Part shown: one piece after another, positions 8,613 through 20,222 of the stretch
Layout of the letters: each line of letters opens with the position of its first letter
How positions within the stretch are numbered: position 1 is the first letter of the stretch
From: Candidatus Heimdallarchaeota archaeon
GTDB taxonomy: Archaea; Asgardarchaeota; Heimdallarchaeia; JABLTI01
Assembly: GCA_018238155.1 (NCBI GenBank)
Contig: JABCTZ010000033.1
Span: forward strand, 32,001 to 96,000
Length of the DNA stretch: 64,000 nt
Direction of reading: 5' to 3'
Program-made: the position numbers and the translations under genes
Notes under the pieces: generated by a model
Told to the model about the DNA's origin: nothing
The model's input: the letters and a program-made list of their open reading frames with translations, nothing else
Databases searched by the model: none

Positions 8613-11600
8613 CTATTTTTTGTTTCGTTTTTTAACCATTATCGTTGATCCAATTGTAGCTCCTAATAACGCAATAATGTATACTAGAATAGGTATATTT
8701 GTAATACTTGTAGGAGTTGTTGGAGTAGGAGTTGGTGTTTCTGTTAAGGGGGCAACTATTGTAAATGAAATTAAATCTGTAGCAATATTTCCACTAGTAT
8801 CTGTTGCAACTATTTTCAGGTAATATTTACCTGGAGAAAGAAATGCAATATCTCCAGTGTCTACAATAGCTGTTTCATTTAGAAATAGCTCAATAGTGAT
8901 TGCTGTATCTTCATCTGAATATTCGTAAGTATAATGAACAGTTTCTGATTCATTGTAGATTGCGTTGTTTTCTGGCGTTAAGAAAGAAATCTCAGGTGCA
9001 GTAGTATCTTCAACAGTGACAGTAACAGTTTGAGTATTACTTTGTCCCCAGAAGTCAAATACGATTATGGTATAAACATACACTCCAAGCGATAATCCTA
9101 CAAGAGAAATGCTTAGAGTTTCTTCCAAAGTACTCCAAGCGATATCTTCCAGTATTACTAAACCATCACATTTTATCGTGTAATTTTCTGGGTTATCATC
9201 TGAAATGATCCAAACCAATGTTTGAGAATCATCTCCAAACTCTAACACAATATTGCCATTCGCTGAAACAATTGGTGCAGCATAATCAGGGTCAATAGAA
9301 AACGTCACTACCGATATATCATCAACAGAATCAAGAGCTACACCTTCAAATGTACCAAAAACTGTAATACGAACACGATAGTTTGTTCCTTGTGATAATT
9401 CATGTGTATTCCAAAGATAGGTTGTTGTTTCTAATCCTGAAATAATTGTGTACCAAGTTTCACCATCAGTAGTATATTCAAGTAAAACTTCAAAAGTAAT
9501 TGATTCATCACTTTTTGATATATCCCATGAAATTGGGCAAAAATCGTCAATTTGTTCCCCACCATTTGGGTAAAGCAAATCTACACTAATTGAAGGACGA
9601 TTATCGATTGAGAAGATTCCTGAGGAGTCATCTACATCTACAGTCAAGGTATTAAGCGCAATGATATGTAATCGAACCATGGATGAATAGACAACAGTTG
9701 TTGTATCCCAATCGAAAGTCAAAATATCCTCTGAAATTGTATCATCAATTAGAACCCAAACAGGTTCGCCAATTGCAACTGAATAATAGAGCTCATAGCC
9801 AGCAATAAATTCATCTGGATCATCAATTACCCAGCTTATAGTTATTACTTCATCATAAGTAAATCCTGCCAGAGGATAGATCAATGATACATCAGGTATA
9901 TCTTCGTTATCAATTTCAAAAACGAAATTACATTCATCTGAAACTAGTGCACAATAACCATCATAGGCATAAACGATGAGTGATACTGCTTGTGAATCAG
10001 CAATTCCATTAATATCCCAAACATACGAATTATTCGTTAAGTCTTGAACTATGAGAACCCAACCACCGCCTTCGATTTGATAGCCTAGATTATATGTTAA
10101 GCTATCACCATCAGGATCGGAACCGGACCACTCGATGAGAATAGAATTTTCAAAAGTTCCTCCCAGATTTGGAGAGTCAAGTGTTACTTCCGGTGGACGA
10201 CAAACAACTGTGTATTCAAAATTTCCGGCATTAGAATTTTTGATTTCTATCCAATTACCGTTTGAATCTTCCACAGTGATGTGCCACTCAATTGTCGTAC
10301 CATGCTCATGACCGGGTAAATTTCCATACCAATTATCTGGATCACCCAATCGTTCCAATAGATTAACAGTATTCCAACCTGCACCTCCATCATCAGAATA
10401 AATAATCAAAGCGGTAGTAATATCAGCCTCATCAGCAATTTCAATTTCAACTAAAGGTGTATCATCTTCAGATGGTGCATATCCATCTCCGTCTGTATCA
10501 AGAGTGATTACTGGTTCACCTGCTTCGGGAGGTAGGTAATCTAGAGTATTGTATTCCCAAGGAGTAGAGCTCTTAGATTGTAATAATGGGTTTTCAGTAG
10601 GAGTATTTCTGAATATTGGCACTCCAAAACGCATGTCTGTTCCCATATCATAATGGAAATAATCACCACTATCATCATCATGTAGATAATAAGTTGTTTT
10701 TACGGAATCAGTTTGTGAATCATCATGTTTGAAACTGGATTCAATAGAAGCAGAAATAGTCGTTTTTCCTAGACCAAGTTTCACTGTAGTTTCATAGCTG
10801 ACACCAATTGAAAATTCATGACTCATACTGCTAGAGGAAATCTCTTCATGGGTACTCTCAATGTATCCTGCTCCACCTTGAAATTCACCATTTGTTATAT
10901 CCCAAGCAACCATTGAATCATACAAACCGGTATTGATGTTGGGATTCAATTGTTTCCAAGCTTCAGGTGCATATTGATGTGATACTAAAACATTTTCAGA
11001 ATAATCTATTCCAAAGTATATTATTGGATCAGAATATACAATCACTCCATCGGAATACAATGTTTCGGTACAATGAATTTCCCATAAAAATACTTCTCTT
11101 TCACCCCAATACATATCACCATATCCTGGACCGACGAGTTCTTTTTCGTCATTATTGATTGAGGATGACATTTCCAAAGTATCGATATCGGTATTGGACC
11201 ATTCATATTCAAAACCGTATCCAAAATCTAATCCGAATTTAGCTTCTGCACCAATATTGAAAAAAGAAGCATCCAATTCTGCTTCAAATCCTAAGGCAAC
11301 ATCTACACTAAAGGAATTTGTTCGTGTTACCTCTGTTTGCTCAGTAAATGTGCTATGACTGTCGTCACCGGGAGGATCATAAATAATGAGATAAAGATTA
11401 CTCCCTAAATCCATTTGGCCTTCATCCAGCTTTGAGCTCAGAGAACTAATTTGTTTTGAAAAGTTAAAAGTTCTAGTTGACTCTGAAACTTTGGTGCTTC
11501 CAACATATCCTCTTAGATCTGCTCGAACCATACCATGAAGCTCATCCATTGATGCTCCTAAATCAGCAGTTTTAGAAACAGAAGAACCCATAGTTGTAAA

Positions 11601-12143
11601 AGTAGCACCAAATTGAACTGTTGGCACAGAACCTGCTTCACTGATAAATAATTTGACATTATCTAAATCAATAGCGGAATATCTAAATGAAAACACATTA
11701 CTACCTTGTGGAAAAGTAACCAAACCATTATTACTTGGAGACATCCAAGAAACGGATGGATCAGGCACATATTCTTCTACTAAAACAAAGTTATGTGTAT
11801 TACTCCCACTTGATGTTGAACCTCCATGACTCCCTCTCTCATACCCCCCTCTCTCTGCTGTTAATAAGAAACTAATGGGTGGTATAGAAACAGAATAACT
11901 ACAAGTAACTGTATAATAACCGTTACTACTCGTAGTTGTTGTTCTCCGAATAGGTACTAAATCGTCATCAATTGTTAACACCACTGTTGCTCCCGAAAGA
12001 CCAACACCACTTGTATTCCTTACATATCCATGGAAATTCACTGAACCTCCATCAGCACTATCAACAAATACTAAACTAATATTACTAATAAAGCAAGCTA
12101 ATATAATCAGTGCAATTGCTTTTTTACTGTTTTTTAAACACAT
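8613..12143 (-). CDS. Large membrane-anchored surface protein: signal peptide, carboxypeptidase-regulatory-like domain, S/T-rich hairpin domain, Ig/FN3-like stalk, PT linker, C-terminal TM
   Basis: ATG 12143 with GAGGT RBS; PNLGG/PLAG/PNGGE Ig-like repeats, DTTAPEI, TPTPTPTTPT, TM followed by KKRNKK. Confidence 0.85.
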   Translation of the reverse strand: MCLKNSKKAIALIILACFISNISLVFVDSADGGSVNFHGYVRNTSGVGLSGATVVLTIDDDLVPIRRTTTTSSNGYYTVTCSYSVSIPPISFLLTAERGGYERGSHGGSTSSGSNTHNFVLVEEYVPDPSVSWMSPSNNGLVTFPQGSNVFSFRYSAIDLDNVKLFISEAGSVPTVQFGATFTTMGSSVSKTADLGASMDELHGMVRADLRGYVGSTKVSESTRTFNFSKQISSLSSKLDEGQMDLGSNLYLIIYDPPGDDSHSTFTEQTEVTRTNSFSVDVALGFEAELDASFFNIGAEAKFGLDFGYGFEYEWSNTDIDTLEMSSSINNDEKELVGPGYGDMYWGEREVFLWEIHCTETLYSDGVIVYSDPIIYFGIDYSENVLVSHQYAPEAWKQLNPNINTGLYDSMVAWDITNGEFQGGAGYIESTHEEISSSSMSHEFSIGVSYETTVKLGLGKTTISASIESSFKHDDSQTDSVKTTYYLHDDDSGDYFHYDMGTDMRFGVPIFRNTPTENPLLQSKSSTPWEYNTLDYLPPEAGEPVITLDTDGDGYAPSEDDTPLVEIEIADEADITTALIIYSDDGGAGWNTVNLLERLGDPDNWYGNLPGHEHGTTIEWHITVEDSNGNWIEIKNSNAGNFEYTVVCRPPEVTLDSPNLGGTFENSILIEWSGSDPDGDSLTYNLGYQIEGGGWVLIVQDLTNNSYVWDINGIADSQAVSLIVYAYDGYCALVSDECNFVFEIDNEDIPDVSLIYPLAGFTYDEVITISWVIDDPDEFIAGYELYYSVAIGEPVWVLIDDTISEDILTFDWDTTTVVYSSMVRLHIIALNTLTVDVDDSSGIFSIDNRPSISVDLLYPNGGEQIDDFCPISWDISKSDESITFEVLLEYTTDGETWYTIISGLETTTYLWNTHELSQGTNYRVRITVFGTFEGVALDSVDDISVVTFSIDPDYAAPIVSANGNIVLEFGDDSQTLVWIISDDNPENYTIKCDGLVILEDIAWSTLEETLSISLVGLSLGVYVYTIIVFDFWGQSNTQTVTVTVEDTTAPEISFLTPENNAIYNESETVHYTYEYSDEDTAITIELFLNETAIVDTGDIAFLSPGKYYLKIVATDTSGNIATDLISFTIVAPLTETPTPTPTTPTSITNIPILVYIIALLGATIGSTIMVKKRNKK

Positions 12144-12479
12144 TTCTTTTACCTCTGAAATAACTAATTTCTCCAAATTATTTTAAAACTAAGAGAAATA
12201 TAGTGGAAGCAATATATAATAATTTCTATATGGTTTTTTTCTTGAAATTAGATAATAATTATTGACTCATTCTATGATAATTATTAAAATAATCCAATTA
12301 GAATAGCATTGTTGAAAATTGGAGAAATCAGCTTGTTTAGTTAATTGCTTATAACATATTTTAACGATATTCTTGGAATTTCTGTGAATATTTTTACAAG
12401 AAAAAGCAAGAAATAATCAAAAAGCACTGATAAGCAGAATTGCCTAAATGGTATCCGAAAAAAGTATTTAATTGAATAC

Positions 12480-14669
12480 TTAGGACATCATTTCTTCTAT
12501 ACTCCTCTCTAACCATTTATAGAAAGTATCATTCGCTTGTAGAAGATTCATAATTTTAGTTTCATTTGTATATAGGTAATCTTTAATCTCTTTTGCAAAG
12601 GAATTCAATTTAGAAATTGAGTCATAATTCTCTTGGTTTGCTATCATTGCGAGATTTAAATCAGGGTTAACATTTTGGAAGAGGATAATATTATTTCCTC
12701 TAGTAATTGAAAAGTAGGGGACATGTGTTCCAAAGAGTTCGTTTCCGAAAGAGTTTATTGCAGCAATGAAATTTGATATAAGATGTTTATCCATCATTCT
12801 CTCATCGAACATCTTTGTGTATACTGCAATACCGGCATTATTCAATAATAGAATTAGTTTTATATCAGCTTTTCCAGGCTGAAATTCCGTTGGTAGTGCA
12901 ATAATTGCATTAAGCCCTTGATCAATAATATTAATGAGATGTGCAAGAGCAGTATCCTTATTGGTTGCAATTTCATTGAAAAGAGTTTGTCTTGGAAACT
13001 TTTCTTTCTTAGGTTGAGCGCCATCATTTTCTTTTTTCTCTGTAGAAATAGTCAAGATGAAGGAGAAGAGTTCACGAAGCATAGCGGTTATTTTAGTTGC
13101 TTCTTTGTTGGTTGTTTCCGGTATGGCGTCTAGATATTCTCTCGCAATTTGATAATTATCTAGAAGTATTTCGTAACTTGCTAACAACGCATTTTTGATT
13201 GCCAAATAATCTTCTCGCTCTAATTTACCAATGAATGAAAGAAGCTCTTTTAGACGTTTCTTGGAGGCATTTAGATAACGATTTCTTTTGGCCATTTTAT
13301 AAAATTGAAATTCAGTTAATGTTATATTGAAAAGTGCTGTTACGATGTTTAGATAATTGTTCTCTTTATTTACATAATAGAGGTACTCTGAACCCCATTT
13401 GGTTGCTTTTTCATAATTTATTTCTAAATCCGTATAGTAGTAAAGGTTCGCCCCTGCAAAATTTCCCATATTCTTTGGTGTTGGATTTTCTTCAGTTTTT
13501 TTTCGTAAAATTTCTAGATACTTTTTAGCAAGAAGAGGGTCCTCAAGGGAAATTGCATTCACTGCAACAGAATAGACTCTAAATGGTGTTGCTAGTTCTT
13601 CATTTTTCTCAATGAGATTAACAAGTTTCAGGAGCATTTCTCGAGCTTCATTAACTGCTTTGATTTCCATCTTAAGACTTATGAGATTACTTAGAGTAGT
13701 AGCAATTGATTGATGATCTTCTGATTCATCTAGAAATTCTAAACTCTTTTCAAATGCTTCAATTGAACGATCAGTGTCAATAATTGTAAGCATGACTGCA
13801 TAGTTGTGATAGAAATTTGATTTCCATTGTTTCCTTCCAAATACACTTGATAATAACGAAATTGCTTTCTCTAATTGTTGGACTGCTTTTTGTGGTTGAC
13901 TTGCAGAATAGTAGATATTAGCACTTACATAAGCTATTGTGCATTTCGAGAAAGTACTTTGAGCTTGTTTCAAAACTTTTTGGACATCATCTTCTTCGAA
14001 GAAACTTACTGCAGCATCAACATTAATTATTGAACTTAAGGTATTTGCATATGATAAAATCAAGAGGATAATCTGTTCAATTAAAAAGATGATTGGTTTA
14101 TCTTTTATCCAATTCAGAGATTGCTTCCAAATTTTCTCTGCATTCGAGTAGATTTCCTTCACTTTATCATAATCTTGTTTTTGTATATAATATCTTAGCT
14201 CAAAATCAAAACTTTGCAAGTCGAGAATGATCTTTGCTAATTTATCTGCAGAAATAAGGCGGTTGAAAGTTTGATTTCGCTCTTCATCAGACAAACGTGT
14301 AAGAGCAAGAACAGAACCAATATCTTCAAAATTGCCTTTATCAGTTTCGGACTGAATTTTAGAGAATTGTAACTCGTGTGATTTTGGAAAGAGTTCAATC
14401 AATTCAATGATCTTCCCCTTCCTTTCGGTATCTTGAGCAACTTGTGCAAACATTATGAAAACAAGAGAAGAAATGTCCTCGTTTTGATAGGTAGTAAGAT
14501 AGTCTAATAAACCAAAATAAAATCTTTCATAGATGTTTTCTAACTCTTTGTTGTTCTTTATTATCCTAAGAATTCCTGATTTCTCTACTGGTGAAATAAC
14601 AGCAAAGAGATCTTTGTATTCTATTGGTACAATATCTGTTGCATCAAAGCTCATTTTTTCAACACTCAT
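12480..14669 (-). CDS. TPR/helical-repeat protein with C-terminal longin-like domain
   Basis: TPR-like helices; C-terminus LILLLNNAGIAVYTKMF...LISNFIAAINSFGNELF typical of Asgard longin/roadblock-like domains. Confidence 0.8.
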   Translation of the reverse strand: MSVEKMSFDATDIVPIEYKDLFAVISPVEKSGILRIIKNNKELENIYERFYFGLLDYLTTYQNEDISSLVFIMFAQVAQDTERKGKIIELIELFPKSHELQFSKIQSETDKGNFEDIGSVLALTRLSDEERNQTFNRLISADKLAKIILDLQSFDFELRYYIQKQDYDKVKEIYSNAEKIWKQSLNWIKDKPIIFLIEQIILLILSYANTLSSIINVDAAVSFFEEDDVQKVLKQAQSTFSKCTIAYVSANIYYSASQPQKAVQQLEKAISLLSSVFGRKQWKSNFYHNYAVMLTIIDTDRSIEAFEKSLEFLDESEDHQSIATTLSNLISLKMEIKAVNEAREMLLKLVNLIEKNEELATPFRVYSVAVNAISLEDPLLAKKYLEILRKKTEENPTPKNMGNFAGANLYYYTDLEINYEKATKWGSEYLYYVNKENNYLNIVTALFNITLTEFQFYKMAKRNRYLNASKKRLKELLSFIGKLEREDYLAIKNALLASYEILLDNYQIAREYLDAIPETTNKEATKITAMLRELFSFILTISTEKKENDGAQPKKEKFPRQTLFNEIATNKDTALAHLINIIDQGLNAIIALPTEFQPGKADIKLILLLNNAGIAVYTKMFDERMMDKHLISNFIAAINSFGNELFGTHVPYFSITRGNNIILFQNVNPDLNLAMIANQENYDSISKLNSFAKEIKDYLYTNETKIMNLLQANDTFYKWLERSIEEMMS

Positions 14670-14858
14670 TTTAAAGATAACTTGAATTCAACTCTACACA
14701 TTCTAATTTCTTTCGAACCCTAAATTAAAGTTCTTTAGGTAAAGCTATTTTAGTTGAAATTACAGTTCATTTTTGACTTCAGGTTCACATTTTTTTTGGT
14801 TTAATTTTATTTAAACAGTTCTTCTTATATCATAAATAATAATTATTTCTAGAAATAA

Positions 14859-15110
14859 TATTCCAATATAGTTCTAATCTCAGAGAAAGAAATTGAAAAA
14901 CCAATACTTGAATTTCCTTGTGATCTTTTTATCTTCTCTCAAGAGAAAGCAATTGAACTACTCAAAGCAAGTAATTTCATACTCAAAAATGCATTGCTAA
15001 CTGGAGATATTTTGTTAGATAACTTAGCAATAACAGATGATTTGTTAGTAATATATAAGTCACATGCAAAACCTGTTCTAAATCAACTTAGTATAGTAGA
15101 TTTTTATCCG
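14859..15110 (+). pseudogene. 3' remnant of a minimal nucleotidyltransferase (MNT)
   Basis: SNIVLISEKEIEKPILEFPCDLFIFSQEKAIELLKASNFILKNALLTGDILLD resembles the MNT C-terminal half; upstream stops and no GS motif. Confidence 0.5.
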
Positions 15111-15973
15111 ATAAACTTAATTGCAGATTCCACTGTCTTTCTAGTTTTTGTTTCTTCACTTTTAAGCCAAATTTGTAAAATTTCAAGTATGCTTCTCAAC
15201 AATTTGTCAGGTAAATCTCTTACTAATTTTGACCTTTTAACAATATCACAGAATAATTTTATTATCGTATAATCTTTAGAATTGCTGTACTTTTCGAAAT
15301 ACCTAACTACTTCTTCAGGATTCACCCTAAAACCCAATGTTCCGACTATCCATGAATTTGCATCAAGAACAATTTTTCGACTATCCGAGAATGAAGGTTC
15401 AATTGCCTTAAAACATTTTACCACATCTCTTTCATCTTTTGTTAAAAAGAAGCCTCTACCGAGGACTACAATTGCTAATCGTCGTACCCATTGATTTTCG
15501 TGAATAATTAATGGACTCAATTTTTCCAGATATTTGTTATAATCCTTTGCAGCATATTCCTCTAAAGAATATCCCGCCCAATTGTCAATATCATTCCAGT
15601 TTAAACACAATTTAGCATTTTTAACTATTATTTCAAAATGAGCTTCTGGATCTCTATCATATATCTGTCCCATAATAAACGAACTAATTTCTCTTACTGA
15701 AGAATTCTCTATTTCCCATAAACTATCAATGAATTCTAAGTATGTTTTGAGAGTAATAGTTTCATTTTTCAAAATCTCTATTGCAATATATTTAGTAATG
15801 TCTTTTTCAGGTTCATCGAATTTTGTTCTAAAATTTGTTTTTGCAATGAACTCTACTACATTGTCTCGAGCATCTTTTGAATTTGAATTAGCCAAATTAG
15901 ATACTATTTTTACTATTTTTTCCTTTTCTATAAAATATCTCTCTATATCTTTCGAGGAAACTTTCAATTTCAT
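15104..15973 (-). CDS. AlkD-like HEAT-repeat DNA alkylation repair family protein
   Basis: NWNDIDNWA, ENQWVRRLAIV, DSRKIVLDANSWIVG patterns. Confidence 0.75.
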   Translation of the reverse strand: MKLKVSSKDIERYFIEKEKIVKIVSNLANSNSKDARDNVVEFIAKTNFRTKFDEPEKDITKYIAIEILKNETITLKTYLEFIDSLWEIENSSVREISSFIMGQIYDRDPEAHFEIIVKNAKLCLNWNDIDNWAGYSLEEYAAKDYNKYLEKLSPLIIHENQWVRRLAIVVLGRGFFLTKDERDVVKCFKAIEPSFSDSRKIVLDANSWIVGTLGFRVNPEEVVRYFEKYSNSKDYTIIKLFCDIVKRSKLVRDLPDKLLRSILEILQIWLKSEETKTRKTVESAIKFIG

Positions 15974-16095
15974 GATTAAATACTTCCGTTTGTTTTTTTT
16001 ATTATGTGAATTATTAACAATTGATATGGGAGATAACCAAAACTATTCAATTAGATTTCAATTATTTCTAATTGTTCTTTTTCTTAATTAGAATT

Positions 16096-16309
16096 CTATT
16101 ACCACATACCAAATAACAGCAACCACTTATTGACTAAAATCTAAAAACAATAACTATAATTCTAACTCAAACATATATATAACCAGAAATTACTCTTATC
16201 ATTTAGTGCATCATAATGGGTTTAATTGATTTTCTAAAAGGTTTATTCAATGAAGAAAATAAGAATAGAACTTATTTCACAATACTGTTTTCTGTAAGTT
16301 ATTTTACTA
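16096..16309 (+). repeat. About 210-bp imperfect repeat of 29693-29906 (upstream region plus 5' end of a membrane-protein gene)
   Basis: Shared core gattttctaaaaggtttattcaatgaagaaaataagaatagaacttatttc; encodes MGL(I/S)DFLKGLFNEENKNRTYF. Confidence 0.9.
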
Positions 16310-16576
16310 ATGATTTTCGGTTGGTTCGGGCCAAATATATTCCGAAACCTCTTCACCACACTTGCTACATTTAGCAATTTTTATCATTGTTACATCAGTA
16401 TATTCAAAGTTGAATGTTAATCCAAGATCACAAAGAATATCCAAATTACAATATTCGCATCTATAATATTTTCTAGGTTTTTCTAAATTCGTAGGCCACA
16501 AATAACTTGAACAAGACATACAGATGCTACGGTTATCGCACATTAAATGATTTCCTCTAACAGTCATTGCAATCAA
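16307..16576 (-). CDS. Small Cys-rich Zn-ribbon protein
   Basis: CMSC, CEYC and CSKC motifs. Confidence 0.7.
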   Translation of the reverse strand: MIAMTVRGNHLMCDNRSICMSCSSYLWPTNLEKPRKYYRCEYCNLDILCDLGLTFNFEYTDVTMIKIAKCSKCGEEVSEYIWPEPTENH

Positions 16577-16699
16577 TCTCTCTTAATGTAAATATTATAA
16601 TAGGGAAATGTAAATAAATATTATTGAATGTAAATTTGTTCTTGAAATGATTCCATTAATCACAAAATAAACAAATATGATTTCGAATGTGAAATTAAA

Positions 16700-19600
16700 T
16701 CACTCTTTCTCTGAGCTTTTTTTCTTTTTTGGAAGATGAATAGAAAATGTTGTTCCTTTTCCTTTCTCACTATTTAGAATTATCTTACCATTATGAGCTT
16801 CAACAATTTTCAAGGCTATTAACATTCCAAATGATTTATACTTTCTGGTTTTCCAAGACTCTCTAATTTCGTCTTGTGTTTTTTTATTCATGCCAATACC
16901 ATTATCGCGAATGTGAATAATGTGTTCTTCATTATTTTCTTCAGCAAATACTTCTACTTTGGTTGCTTGGGCATGTTTAAGCACATTCATCATAATATTC
17001 TCAAATACTTGACCTAATTTCGTAGGGTCAGATTTTAGTTGTGGTAAATCCCGAATAATAATTTTCAGATTAGAATCAGCAGCGGAAATATTTTTAGCAA
17101 TTTTTTTGATTAATTCATTTAAATTAACAACTGATAATTCACCCAATATTTCACCTTTCGTTGCAAGAAGTAAAAGTTTTTCAAGAAGTGCATGTAAATC
17201 ATCTATTTGGTCGATTATCATTTCAGAATACTCAGATTCACTCATTTCCACCAATGACATTATAATCTGTAAACGCCCCTTTATATCATGAGAAACAGTA
17301 CTAGAAAATGATTCAAGTTCATCTTTTTGTTTATGCAATTCATTTTGTTTTAACACAAATTTTTCTTCTGCATCCTTGATCTTGGAAATGTCTGTTACTA
17401 CTGCGAATCTCCCTGAAATATTGCCATCAGAATCATATAGTGTCATTGGTTTAACTAATGTTGGAATTTGTGAACCATTTTTTCTAGTCCAATACATTTG
17501 GTAAGGTTCAATTAAACCAAGATTTCGTTTTTCGATTTCATTATCACGTAATTTCATGTTTATTGGATTAAGAAAATCTGTCACAGAAAACCCAATTATT
17601 TCTTCTTTAGAATAGTCTAATATCTCACAGAATTTATCGTTTACATAACTAAAAACACCATTTAAATCAGCAATGGCAAAACCATCATTCATGGAATCAA
17701 CCAATATACTATAACGCTTTTCACTTTGAACTAACTCTTCAATATCCATAGAACGTAACAATGCTACAGAAATTTGATTTACAAGTGTTACAATCAACTC
17801 TTTATTTCGAATATTATTTCCCTTTCTAAATGCAATTGTAATCCCGCCCATCAAGCGATCTTTATCCATAAGAGCAATTGTATAAGCCCGTTCAATTCCT
17901 AGAAATTTGATTAGAGAATCTCTAAGTTTATTTGATATATTTCCTTGGGAGATTTCATTTAGATTATGACTCAAAGGAATCAATTTTCTTTCCCGAAAAA
18001 TCATCATGGATTCTTTTGGAATATTTATAGACATTTTTTCCGGATTTCTACCAAGAATCTTTGACAGTCTTTTTATTTTCTTGTCTAATCCAAATAAGTT
18101 TTCCACGACAAAGGTATTTGAAATATTGTCATATGAATGAACAACAATATATGAATCCCCAATTATTTCCCTCATTTTCAACCCAATGAAATGATAAATC
18201 TCATGCTTTGATGTAAGTCTCACTAATTCATTTACAGATTCAGATAAAAATGTTAAATCATGAATACGTTTCCATTCTTTCTCTTGTGAAATTATTCTTT
18301 CTGTAATATCACTAAACATAATGACAATTGAACCAGGTTTATATTGAAAAGCTCTTATTTCAAAAGACAATGAAATAGATTTATTTTGATAATCTATTCG
18401 ATCAATTTCCCAGACACCACCGTTTTTAGCAACTTTTAGAAACTCATTTGGAATTACAGTACCTTTCAAATTCGGAAATGCTTTGTGAATAGTTTTGCCT
18501 ACCAATTTTTGATGATCAAAGTCCATAATTTGATCTGCAGCAGGATTGCTTCCTTTGAAAATTAAATTTTCCTTGGAATCCAAATCATACATAAAAACAC
18601 CAATGGGAGACAAATCAAATATTTTTTGAAGATGCTCTTCTCTTCTGTGTAATTCTTGATTGATATGTTTATGAATTTTCGATAATTCTTGGGCTTTCGT
18701 TTTTTCCTCAAGATAATTAATATTTGATATCTTTAGGTTTTCAATTAGCCTTGCGTTCTCAATACCAATAACTGAAACATTTGCAAATGTCGTTAGTAAA
18801 TTTAAATCACTTTCAGTAAATGATTTGGGAATAAAATTCTGAAAGATCAATACACCAATTATTTCACCAGTAATTTTCATTGTAACATAAATGGCAGATT
18901 TTACTTGTTGTTTGGAGGTATCTCTTTGCGGGTACTCAATTATCTCTCCTTTTTCATTGAAAGTATAGCTGGTTTCAACTCTAGAGAGACCTTTACCTAA
19001 ATCTTTGGGGTAGTATATTTCACCTGTGCGAATTGCTCTACTTTGTGTAACTTTACTTATTTCTTCTAAATGTATTGGAGGAAATTTGGATACATCCAAC
19101 TCATTCCCTTCCGCTATTCCGAATTTAGCTGTGAATATTTTATTCTTATTATCATATGATGAAACAATGAATGTTGTTGCATTTATAATTTTCAACGAAT
19201 AAGTGTATATTGTTCGATAAACTTCTTTAAAATCTTGAATTTCTCCAAGCATAATTGCTAATTCATTGATTGTATCTTGTTGGTTAATAAATCTCTGATT
19301 AAAACTTTCTTTTAACTTAATACTTGTCAAGTCCACTATTGTAACTAATATTTTATGAGAGGGAATAAAATTACATTGAACTCTAATCCATTTGCTTTCA
19401 TTAGCTAATTGAGTGGTAAAATTAACTTCTTGATTGATTGCTTTTTTACAACTAAAACAATTTTTAACTAAATCAAGTAAAATCGGATTGTTCTTATAAT
19501 ATTCCTTAGCAGTTATATCGAAAAGCTCTTCTTCAAATCTATTTGAGAAGTCAATTTCTGTGTCACTGATATTAATTAAGAGAAAATTATTACCAATTTT

Positions 19601-20077
19601 TTCCCACAGCACCATTGGAATAGGAGAATGTTTAATTTGTATTTTATTCTGTATTTGAATTTCTTTTAAAGAATCCTTCATACGTTTTCTAGATGCAACA
19701 CGTTCTATTAAATTTAGTAATTCGCGAAATTGGGTATCTGTATCTCCAGCTTTATAATGATAATAAGATGCTCCAAGATTTAATGCTAGAATAGCAATCT
19801 CCTCTCTTCCTCTACTGGTAAAAACTATTAAAGGTATTTCACTATATAATTTCTTAACTTTTCTAAGAAACTTTAAGCCGTCCATTTTTGGCATTTGATA
19901 ATCAGAAATAATGACATCAAAATTCTGTTTTTTGAGTATTAATAAAGCTTCAATTGTAGAAGATACAGTAGTTATTTTTAAATTCTTTCTAATCTTCATT
20001 AAGCATGATTTTGTTAGCTTAAGAAAGCTAATATCAGCATCCACCAATAACAACTGGATATCTTCCACTATAATCAC
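16700..20077 (-). CDS. Hybrid sensor histidine kinase REC-PAS-GAF-PAS-GAF-like-PAS-HisKA-HATPase
   Basis: REC IISDYQMPKMDG; H-box VSHDIKGRL; N-box FENIMMNVLKHA; G1 DNGIGM; EKGKGTTF. Confidence 0.93.
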   Translation of the reverse strand: MIIVEDIQLLLVDADISFLKLTKSCLMKIRKNLKITTVSSTIEALLILKKQNFDVIISDYQMPKMDGLKFLRKVKKLYSEIPLIVFTSRGREEIAILALNLGASYYHYKAGDTDTQFRELLNLIERVASRKRMKDSLKEIQIQNKIQIKHSPIPMVLWEKIGNNFLLINISDTEIDFSNRFEEELFDITAKEYYKNNPILLDLVKNCFSCKKAINQEVNFTTQLANESKWIRVQCNFIPSHKILVTIVDLTSIKLKESFNQRFINQQDTINELAIMLGEIQDFKEVYRTIYTYSLKIINATTFIVSSYDNKNKIFTAKFGIAEGNELDVSKFPPIHLEEISKVTQSRAIRTGEIYYPKDLGKGLSRVETSYTFNEKGEIIEYPQRDTSKQQVKSAIYVTMKITGEIIGVLIFQNFIPKSFTESDLNLLTTFANVSVIGIENARLIENLKISNINYLEEKTKAQELSKIHKHINQELHRREEHLQKIFDLSPIGVFMYDLDSKENLIFKGSNPAADQIMDFDHQKLVGKTIHKAFPNLKGTVIPNEFLKVAKNGGVWEIDRIDYQNKSISLSFEIRAFQYKPGSIVIMFSDITERIISQEKEWKRIHDLTFLSESVNELVRLTSKHEIYHFIGLKMREIIGDSYIVVHSYDNISNTFVVENLFGLDKKIKRLSKILGRNPEKMSINIPKESMMIFRERKLIPLSHNLNEISQGNISNKLRDSLIKFLGIERAYTIALMDKDRLMGGITIAFRKGNNIRNKELIVTLVNQISVALLRSMDIEELVQSEKRYSILVDSMNDGFAIADLNGVFSYVNDKFCEILDYSKEEIIGFSVTDFLNPINMKLRDNEIEKRNLGLIEPYQMYWTRKNGSQIPTLVKPMTLYDSDGNISGRFAVVTDISKIKDAEEKFVLKQNELHKQKDELESFSSTVSHDIKGRLQIIMSLVEMSESEYSEMIIDQIDDLHALLEKLLLLATKGEILGELSVVNLNELIKKIAKNISAADSNLKIIIRDLPQLKSDPTKLGQVFENIMMNVLKHAQATKVEVFAEENNEEHIIHIRDNGIGMNKKTQDEIRESWKTRKYKSFGMLIALKIVEAHNGKIILNSEKGKGTTFSIHLPKKKKSSEKE

Positions 20078-20222
20078 TCATTTGAGGTATTTTCTTAGAC
20101 TTGTGAATTATTGTAAGCATTAATCAATTGATTTTTCTATTGTGGTATGAATCCAATAATTGTCTGCAAATTATTGAGAGAATCATTTTTCTTAAACAGA
20201 TTGAAAGTAATTATTTAAAATT

